In this document: positions 54,309 through 64,000 of the stretch, piece after piece | How positions within the stretch are numbered: the stretch's first letter is position 1 | Layout: each line of letters begins with the position of its first letter | DNA from: Octopus sinensis | Taxonomy: Eukaryota | Assembly: GCF_006345805.1 (NCBI RefSeq) | Contig: NC_042999.1 | Location: 29,140,001-29,204,000 of the forward strand | Reading direction: 5' to 3' | DNA length: 64,000 nt | Notes under the pieces: model-generated | Seen by the model: only the letters and a program-made list of their open reading frames with translations | Databases searched by the model: none | Told to the model about the DNA's origin: nothing | Translations under genes and position numbers: made by a program

Positions 54309-54843
54309 GGAAATTATAGTCTTCAACTTCAACCTCAGTACTCCACTGGTTACTGCTGCTTCTTTTATCGATCACAAATGGGATTAGAAAGAGGCTAACC
54401 TCGGCGGCATTTGGACTCAAAACGTGAAAACGAACAAACCATCGCTAAAAATTCTCTTTCTCATCAGATTGGATCAGAATAATAATGCTCACGTTTTGAC
54501 ATATTCATAGCTGTTTTTTCTACAAATTGCTACTTTGCCTTTGTTCTTCATTTTCTTATTAACTTGCAAACTTGTTATCTGCAATTAAAGATGATTTGTT
54601 GGTTAGTCTCAGCTTTTTCAAATATTTGTTTTTCTGATAATTCAAAAATGGTAGAAGGTTATTTTCAATCGGTTTCTTGATGTAGAAGAACCTAAATAAT
54701 CCTTTCATTTCCAGTACGATATTAAAACAGTAAGATAACAATTGCTACGTTGCTATAGGTGGTTAAAAAAAAAATCAACAACTATATATATATATTTATT
54801 TCTCGAGAAGTGACACATGTAGTTGAATATTTCATTATATATA

Positions 54844-54906
<63 letters not shown>

Positions 54907-55044
54907 ACATAGTATTTCTCTCAAGTTATCAAACCTTTCAGGAGGAAACATCCCGTAGAAGTACCAACTATCGTTCCTTTTTAAAGATATATAAATTTCA
55001 TTTTGTATCTGCTTTAATATTGTAACCGGAGAAAGATCTATACG

Positions 55045-55378
55045 AAAACTTGCTCCCCAGGCATCTGATTCCTAGTTCAGTCTAACTGTGTGGTACCTAG
55101 AGTGTCTTCTAGTAATGTCTCGAGTTGACAAATATTTTATGAGTGGATTTAGTTGACGGAAACTGAAAGAAGCCTGTCGTAGGTATGTATCTATATGTGC
55201 ATGTCTTCGAGCAGTGCTGGTGATTTTACGTCCCAAGTAACATAGACACTCGTCGAAAGTGACTGCTAGAATAAGGTCTATAAGTCATGAGATGTCGTGG
55301 GGTCGATTTGATCGACTAAAACACTTGCAGACGGTGCTGCAGCATGGCTGCAGTCAAATGACTAAAAGAAGCCGAAGA
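55045..55378 (+). mobile_element. Old degenerate SINE family A
   Basis: Retains GACGGAAACTGAAAGAAGCCTGTCGTA and CAGCATGGCTGCAGTCAAATGACT. Confidence 0.7.
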
Positions 55379-55482
55379 ATTCGATCAACAGCGAGAATTC
55401 TTCCTTCCGACTATTATACATGAACGACTCGATTACACACTACTGAGCAATCCTCTGACTATTTATTAATTGATAAACCACG

Positions 55483-55648
55483 TAGGCGCAGGAGTGGCTG
55501 TGTGGTAAGTAGCTTGCTTACAAACCACATGGTTCCGGGTTCAGTCCCACTGCGTGGCATCTTGGGCAAGTATCTCTGCTATAGCCCCGGGCCGACCAAT
55601 GCCTTGTGAGTGGATTTGGTAGACGGAAACTGAAAGAAGCCTGTCGTA

Positions 55649-55702
<54 letters not shown>

Positions 55703-55930
55703 GTGTGTGTGTGTGTGTGTGTCTGTGTTTGTCCCCCTCGCGTTGCTTGACAACCGATGCTGGTGTGTTTACGTCCCAGTCACTTAGCGGATAGGCAAAA
55801 GAGACCGATAGAATAAGTGCTGGGCTTACAAAAGAATAAGTCCCGGGGTCGATTTGCTCGACTAAAGGCGGTGCTCCAGCATGGCCGCAGTCAAATGACT
55901 GAAACAAGTAAAAGAGTAAAGAGAGAGAGA
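55483..55930 (+). mobile_element. SINE family A, full length
   Basis: Head TAGGCGCAGGAGTGGCTGTGTGGTAAG..GGTTCCGGGTTCAGTCCC, expanded internal (TA)n(TG)n, TAAAAGAG tail. Confidence 0.92.
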
Positions 55931-56441
55931 GTACCACTAGTACCTGAGTCACACTAAAACATCAACGTATCGCTTCTCGAAATTATAACAATAATTGTAC
56001 GATGTTAAATTTAAGTAAAATATCTCATATTTTACTATAGAAAATGAGATTAATTGTGATACTGTTGCGTTGCCAACGTTATTGAATTAAAACGTTGGCT
56101 CTCTTGTCTAGCAAATATGTAGGTAGGGAGACTGATGGATGATAAAATCTGTTCTGTTTGCTGAAGTTTATTTGAGAAATTGTACCAAGCATTGATCGAT
56201 TTGGAGTACGACGCCACGAGTCATCTACGTGGAGAAGTTGGAAATTCAACTGGAAACATGTGATGTGACCTGTACAGAATTTTGACAGTCTATATTGATG
56301 CAGGAATGGCTAATTCTGTAAGTCGCAACTGTAAATCAATACGGCAAACTAAATTCTGCACAGCTTTTCTCCAAACACACAAAACTATACGAACATATAT
56401 ACACACATGCAAATACTTGAGTGTAAATATCAAAACACACG

Positions 56442-56562
<121 letters not shown>

Positions 56563-56567
56563 CATAT

Positions 56568-56626
<59 letters not shown>

Positions 56627-56768
56627 CATACATATGTATATATATATATATGTATTATATATATATATACATATATATGTATTTACATATACATACGTAT
56701 ATATATATAACTATATATATATATATACATATCTATGTTTTTATATAGAGAGACACATACACATACAC

Positions 56769-56846
<78 letters not shown>

Positions 56847-57329
56847 TATACATATTTATGCGTTTATATATAGAGACACATACACATACACACATATATA
56901 TATATATATTAAAATATATTTATGCTACACGAACATATACGTATATGTATATATGTGTATGCATACCGACGTGCTTACACCCATATACATTTACAAGCGA
57001 ACACACACGTGTATAATACCTTTTGTTTTGGGTTACCTTCATGTCAAAGCAACATTTATCGTAAGTCAAAAATAATATATCAAAATAAGTTTCAACGAAA
57101 AATTTTTTTGTGTTATTTATTTTAAAGTATCTTCACAAAATCTTGTCATTCGCTATAACTTTTACTTTGAATGCCGTTGGATCATAAAGAAATATATATA
57201 GATGTAAACTAAGATATACACGGCTGGACTGCTCATCATACACAAAGACTCAGAAGTACACGCACACATACATGTATACACAACAATCATAGGTATATTC
57301 ATACATTAATACATAAACATCATGCGATG

Positions 57330-58455
57330 GTACGGTGAATAGAGATTGACTGACCTCGGAATATTTTACAATACATAGGAAAATATGACAGTCGGACCTC
57401 TCATCTTACATGAAGACAAAAATCCCATGAAGCCTTTACAGTATCACTGCTAATTCTAACATTTTATTACTTCCCTGCCCTCTAGAAGAAATACGTGACA
57501 TCAACTGGAAATCTCTACGGTAAAAGTGATATCGATAGGCTCAACTTAGCAAAAGATAAAGGCAGCAGGGGCGTCAAGTCAGTGAATATAGCCTTCGGAC
57601 CACGAATAGCCCTGGCAGAGATAACTTGCTCAACAAATTAGCGAAATAAATATGTTAACTTAGTGCTGAAAAGTGAAGAGAATATCCTACGTGGAGGCTG
57701 TGAGTTCCCGATGACATCCCAGACAAAGCCAAAACAGCAGAACTAGCATTCGTGAAAAAAGGCCTGAATGTGAAACGTCTAGCTTGCCAACAGAATGTTG
57801 CCAGAGTATGTTTCGGAGGACTGAAATATGGCAGCAATATACATACAGTTCTGACACAAGGCCAGTAATTTGGGAGGAGAGTAAATCGATTGTATCTACC
57901 CAAGTGCTCAATTGATACTCAATTTCTGACCCCGAAAGAATGAATGGAAAAAGTCGACTTCACGAAATTCGAAATCAGAACGTAAAGATGGACGAAATGC
58001 CGCTAAGGATTTTGCCTGACGTCCTAACGATTCTACCAGCTAGCTGCCTTGAGCAAGACTAATATTGACAGAAAACGCAGTATTTTTCGGACTCGTGAAC
58101 GTTACATAATATCAAACTCGAAGGCTATGTGTTTAGAATCCAAAGAAAGGAAATTGCTACGAAACACCTCAAAAGATGTAGTGAAGCCGTTGGAGATCCA
58201 AGATGTAGAGGGAAATGTACTTTGTCATATTTCTCCTGAAGACAGCACACAAATGATTAGCAACTGCTCAAAAATATGAAAGTACTATCTCCTCACCACA
58301 CGACGTTTTCGTAAAAAAAACTATATACAATATCAGTCGGAAGGAACACTATCTTGGAATAAATAGGGAGAAATATGAACACAATGAATACTGGTGGAAC
58401 ATTCCAGTAGACAAATCTGGCTAGTTTAAACAGAACAGTTCTGATATTGTTCTTT

Positions 58456-58516
<61 letters not shown>

Positions 58517-59330
58517 CGAAATATTTTACATCAAAGAGGTCAATTGTCTTATGGTGTTAATGTCTCTTAGAAAATCAAAATAGAGAAAGAGGATAGCTAT
58601 GAAGAAAATGCTTCGAAGTCACTTGTCAACAACAGCAACCGAAATAAATATATAAATTTAGTGCTAAAAAGCAAAGATGCGGGCAGTGAGCTCCTCGGGA
58701 AGTAATCACTACTTGATGACTTCCCACACAACCACAAAGCAACCGGACTAACATACCTGAAAGAAGACCTGCATGTGAAAAGATAAATAGAAAAGAAAAA
58801 CGTTTATCCATGGATTTTCTCTGAAAACATGGAGAGAACTATTGACAGAGAGCGCAGCCTAACTTGGACCAATGAACAGTACACCACATCGCGCATAGAA
58901 GGATATGTATTTGCAGTTCAAAAACAGGAAATTCTTACGAAATACTCAATGTACAAAAATAATGTGTTGAAGCCCTTGGAGGTCTCAGGTGCAACTAAAA
59001 TATGTAAATTAGATTACGTCATATTTCTAAAGAAGAAACTGCATATATTATTAGATACAACCTTCTTATCCGAAACAACGTTGTTGCAAAAATAATATTC
59101 AATGCTATGCAGACAAATACTTCCTGGAATGAAAATAGTTAGCTCCACCTGTTCTTGGATACACACAGAAGCACCAGCACAAAGAATGCTGGTGGAACAT
59201 TCCCATAATATCATGCAGTAACACACAGGATGTTTTGTTTGTAACAGACAAGGGAAGAATATATTGTCATACAGGTTAGATATCCTGCTGATACAGAAGT
59301 CACTCTGAAAATCAGAGACTAAATATAGAC
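57330..59330 (+). mobile_element. Decayed RLE-type non-LTR retrotransposon locus with two divergent copies of the zinc-knuckle/RLE region, interrupted by a degenerate family C SINE (~57870-58030) and (GA)n (58457-58512)
   Basis: SDIDRLNLAKDKGSRGVKSV (thumb); KLEGYVFRIQ and SRIEGYVFAVQKQEILTKY; EYWWNIPV and ECWWNIPI; SDIVLW; YPAD. Confidence 0.72.
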
Positions 59331-59541
59331 AGTCACCCTGAAAACCAGAGACTAAATATAGACAGTCACTCTGAAAACCAGAGACTAAATATAGACAGTC
59401 ACTCTGAAAACCAGAGACTAAATATAGACAGTCACTCTGAAAACCAGAGACTAAATATAGACAGTCACTCTGAAAACCAGAGACTAAATATAGACAGTCA
59501 CTCTGAAAACCAGACTCTAACTATAGACAGTCACTCTGAAA
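59298..59541. repeat. 33-bp minisatellite, ~7.4 copies
   Basis: Unit AGTCACTCTGAAAACCAGAGACTAAATATAGAC starting at 59298, 59331, 59364, 59397, 59430, 59463, 59496, with a partial copy at 59529. Confidence 0.97.
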
Positions 59542-59550
59542 TCCCCAGCT

Positions 59551-59740
59551 TCTATTAAATTCGGTAAACCGATTCATTTTGGAATTTCCCAATCAAGTTG
59601 TCTGCAACTCATTTTCAGCCAAAAGTTTACCAATTTCAACGGATCTGACGTCGATGTCACTTAGTTTGGTTTGAAATAAAGAAGTTGATTAGCTTAATTA
59701 TCTTAACTTAATCCCGGACAAAGCCGGGCTATACTGTTAG
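59551..59740 (+). mobile_element. Short non-autonomous Helitron-like element (~190 bp)
   Basis: Starts TCTATT; ends CCCGGACAAAGCCGGG-CTATACTGTTAG|T, closely matching the 3' end of the Helitron at 29354-29382. Confidence 0.65.
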
Positions 59741-59802
59741 TTGTTGTTGTTGTTGTTGTTGTTGTTGTTCTTCTTCTTCTTCTTCTTCTTCTTCTTCTTC
59801 TT

Positions 59803-59880
<78 letters not shown>
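59741..59880. repeat. Compound (TTG)n-(TTC)n-(TTA)n microsatellite
   Basis: Direct reading. Confidence 0.95.
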
Positions 59881-59881
<1 letters not shown>

Positions 59882-60686
59882 GTATGGTGATTCATAAACA
59901 AAATTAAATTCGATCACGAACTAACACCAGAGCTCTTGTTGTAAACATAATAGATGGCACATGCCCGTCCGCTGCGATATAGCAACTCGACTCCGGTGCC
60001 TTTCTCGATTAATGGGATCGAACTGGTTACGATTCACTTCCCCTGTTTATGACATTTTTTTTCTGTCTATGATTTTGAGGTGCTATTAGCGAGACATGCC
60101 CAAGTGGCTATATGCAGCTACTTTGTTAGAGAAACAAAACACATTCATTATAAGCTGTCGATAAAAAATAAATGTTGTGTGTGTGTGTATGTGTGTGTGT
60201 TTTGTGTTTGTGTGTGCGTACGAGCATGTATGTGTGTCTGTGAATGCGTGTTTCAGTTCCGGGCTACCCATCCTTACTGCTTTTGTGATTCCAGTATATC
60301 TCAAAAGTTCATACGGAACTTTGCTGACAGAAGTGTGTTACTAAGTATATCAGATTTTATATATTCGAGCGATGGTATATTTGTTGTTGTATGCATGCAA
60401 GGCTATGGTCGTTTCAAACGCACTTCAGATTACAAAGGAAACGATAGAGGTAATATCAAACACAATGATATATGCATATAGACGTACTCATATAAATAAA
60501 CACACATATATTTTTGAGTGACAATGTGGAAAGTATGTGGGCTTTGTGAGTGTGTCTGTGTGTGTGTAAATAGGAGCCTGAATGTATATGAATGTATTCG
60601 TGTGTGTGTGTATGTATTGCTCTACCGAAAACACCAATAAAGGAACCATGTAAGTCCATTATTTAGAATATTCATGAATTTCTTAG

Positions 60687-60754
60687 CCGGCCAGACAGTG
60701 CGCGGTATGCGCGAGCGAGTCCTATATATCCGTACAAAGCAACTGGAATGACAT
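60687..60754 (+). CDS. Candidate exon in a CpG-rich patch (could be 5' UTR or non-coding)
   Basis: gaatttcttag| to AT|gtaagt; 68 nt; two frames open, one (RPDSARYARASPIYPYKATGMT) is phase-compatible with 61009-61127. Confidence 0.2.
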
Positions 60755-61008
60755 GTAAGTTAATTTCCCGGCGGAAATCATAGAGAACAGAAATATGTCC
60801 ATTCACTGGTGTTGTAATTCTTCAGGCGAAAATTAAAGTCCATTCAATTGGAATTTCTGGAGATGTGTGTATGTCTGTATGCTTATGTTTGTGTACACGA
60901 GCGCGTTTCTCCATGTATATTTTAGTCACCGAATCATCTCTCAATTTTTCCTGTATTGAGTCAACCCGACATAAGCCAAACACTTTGATCGCATTTTCTT
61001 TCCTCTAG

Positions 61009-61127
61009 TTCTGCGAGCTTACAGAATTCATCGAGCTGCATGTATAACGTTCTCGTCTGTTGTGATCTGTCCGCTCATCTCGTGTCTGGCAAGAATTAAC
61101 GAAATGCCAGTCCTGACGAAGTATTCG
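61009..61127 (+). CDS. Candidate 119-nt exon (unassigned)
   Basis: Strong acceptor cattttctttcctctag|, donor TCG|gtaatc; single open frame LRAYRIHRAACITFSSVVICPLISCLARINEMPVLTKYS. Confidence 0.25.
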
Positions 61128-61485
61128 GTAATCTAGACATATCCGCTTCCTTCTAACTATTTATCTCATCAACGCAGAAATCTTTTTCTGCAGAAGTATT
61201 TCTAAATGTTTGTGGCTAGAAACCCTTGTGATAATTTGGCAAAAACAAGTTTCAAATCCTCTAATACTGAATTATATGATTCTAATTTCTGATATTAGAC
61301 AGGGAATAGATAGGACATGTTGCTTTTTTCGGCAAACTGAATTGGAGTGGTTTTCTTTTATCTTTATTCGATTCATATCGCTTCTCTTTATATTTCATAT
61401 TCTATAGAGTCTTTGAACACCATGTTTCATCCATTAACACAGAGATGTATCTATATATTGAGGCATGCGTATATATATATACACA

Positions 61486-61537
<52 letters not shown>

Positions 61538-61682
61538 ATATATATATATATATATTATATATATATATATATATACACATATATATATGTACATATATAT
61601 ATATAGATAGATGTAATTGTGCAGATGTATTTACATATGTACGTATGTATATATATATATATATATATATACATGCATATAT

Positions 61683-61749
<67 letters not shown>

Positions 61750-61914
61750 GTATGTGTACAGCTATGCGTGAATATGTGTACGTATCCATGTATGCACAAA
61801 GATATGCTCTAATCTATCAAGACACTTTAAGATTTTAATTATATATAAAATTGGGCATGGTGATTTGATATTCTATTTCTTCCGCCGAGAAATGCAATAA
61901 TGATAAAATTACAA

Positions 61915-61928
61915 CAAACTACTGCTGT

Positions 61929-62000
<72 letters not shown>
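61915..62000. repeat. (CTA)n microsatellite
   Basis: Direct reading; source of the poly-S ORF. Confidence 0.95.
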
Positions 62001-64000
62001 AGTTTCTGCTGGTTGTGATGCTGCAACAACTCCTACTTTTTCTTTTTACTTTCATCATAATCTTTTGTAATTTTATCATTTTCATCAACATTGTTATTAA
62101 AATCGTTATTAATTTTATTATTATTTACTTGGAGTAGAATATTTAAATTGGTGCAAAAAGTAGTTAATTAAATTTCTTGTTGCTTTCTGCTCAGTTTCTG
62201 TGTCAGCCGCTCACTAATTAATGCTTGCTTTAATTGAATTCTTACGACACGCACGATTTCTGATAGAGATGTGCCATCATTTTAAATGCTTTTGTAGCTG
62301 TCAGTGATTAATTCCATGATATTAGTTAATGTTATACTTTATGTCAAAATAAAATTTACTTTCTTCAGTCAGACTATCTAATGAGTGAAGTGATAAAAGA
62401 TATTCCACTATAGATTAACATGCCATGGTGAGAATGGGGAACCGGGTGCGAAAATTTTGTAATAAAATGATAAAGGGTATGTTTATGGTAACATTTGGTG
62501 AAAAATATATAAATAAATAAATTTTCCAAGGAGTGCATGTGAAAGGAAGTACATGGTGGTGTAATACTGTTGAAAAGATTGCAAAGAAGTGGTCTGATGA
62601 AAAAATAATAATTAAAGCTAAAGTGTAATATAAAAAAATAATTAATTAAAAAGAAATTAATAGAAGAAAGAAGATTTATAGCAATTTCCACTGATGTGCA
62701 AAATATAAAACCCTGTGATAGATGAATGGAATATAGGGAGTATGTTTAAAAAATTCGTATAGAGATACAATTAACTTAAATATGGGAACTTCAGACAAGC
62801 CTCATCATATATATATAAGATTGCCAGTAATTTTTCTGATATTAGGAAGTTTCTTTGCATACTTTCAACAGAATAACTGACATCAATTCTTAAACAATGT
62901 TATTTATTTCCTAGTGTAGATATTGCAGAAATAATTTTAAAAAAACATTGCACAAAAAAGAAACATACATAATACAAAAAGAAACATTACATAACATCTT
63001 TGTTTTACATTTTAAATCATTTTGTTCAGTTTATTTGAAAATATGTTACTTCTCAATAATTTACAGCTTTGCTTGTTTTCTATTTCTACACAGTTCTTCA
63101 TTGTTATTTGATGATATCCTCCTCAAAGTTTTATCCATTTGTTTTACACTTTTATATTTTTCAGAAAAAAGAGAAAAAAGGTTGATAATATTTATTTCTC
63201 CTACCTACTGATTGTTCATACGTTTGCATTAGTTGTCTTTTCTTTCACTGCATTTCTTCTTTTGTAATCTCTTACAGCAGAACATTTGATCCTTTCTTTA
63301 AGCTGCTTGATTATTAAGAAACGTTGGTGCCTTTTATTATCATACTTCGTGCCTCACGCACGAAATATAATGATTCTTGTTTCCAAACATTGATTCATAG
63401 ATTTGTATATATATATATATATATATATATTGTATTTGTGCTATGCAGTTTTGTCTTTTACACATTCTGTGATTACTCAGATTCTCGTGTCATTTTCATA
63501 CATTCCTAATGACAGCCAATAAACAGCATTACTGTGAGCGTGGATAAGGTTTCATGCGACCATTTTTATGAACGCATAACCTTGATGTCATTTCACGTCA
63601 ATCAGGAAGAAATATACTAAAAAAGATTTCCGGCAAAGTTCGTAAGAATAAACAGCAAAATAAATCGTTGATTTAAAGTTTCTCTGCAAAAATGCATTAT
63701 ATCTCTGCATAAAAATTCTAACAGCAAATAATACAATACATGCACGTTAGATTATCTGTAACTGGAAAAACAGGATTCTAAGGAGAATGCAGTCATTCTT
63801 TCGGCAGGGCATTTCTATGCTAGCGTTCTCCTTGTGTAGGATTAGTAATTCCTGACAACATATAGACATATCTATATGTATGCGTATGTGTCCATGCGTG
63901 TGTTTGTATGCATACACCTAGATATATATGTGTGTTATATTTACGTATAACTGTATATATTTACGTATAACTGTATATAACTGTTAACGTAGTGTAATTT

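Noticed and set aside
54715-54729. 15-nt segment YDIKT with good splice sites; similar cases at ~23020-23100, ~23640-23695, ~48006-48163, ~56278-56318
   Set aside because: Splice-like signals alone, with no homology or chain support.
59298-59541. CRISPR-like appearance of the 33-bp repeats
   Set aside because: Units are head-to-tail with no spacers, no cas genes, eukaryotic context.
63540-63585. Possible pre-miRNA hairpin
   Set aside because: Stem too short and bulged; no known miRNA sequence recognised.

Overview
AT-rich eukaryotic (animal) genomic DNA, apparently intronic or intergenic, full of (TA)n and other microsatellites and decayed mobile elements. The SINE families and repeat landscape suggest an octopus/cephalopod genome; this is inference and was not checked against a database. 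I recognise no intact gene, rRNA, true tRNA or CRISPR array, and nearly all ORFs in the supplied track are microsatellite read-throughs. Supported content: (i) three tRNA-derived SINE families, several copies with exact target-site duplications; (ii) at least seven Penelope-like element (PLE) remnants showing RT, GIY-YIG or pseudo-LTR features, two with degenerate minimal hammerhead-like motifs; (iii) a Helitron deletion derivative carrying a PIF1 helicase C-terminus, plus a 190-bp element with a related 3' end; (iv) two decayed RLE-type non-LTR retrotransposon loci and one CR1/L2-type LINE; (v) two TIR-bounded MITE-like elements. The structures least explained by named families are a 1.4-kb tandem-plus-inverted array of a 544-bp unit (43.8-45.2 kb) and a near-perfect 124-bp-arm palindrome (48.55-48.81 kb), which share an 18-bp motif. 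A few short segments have good splice signals and open frames, but I cannot assign them to a known protein and they are low confidence.
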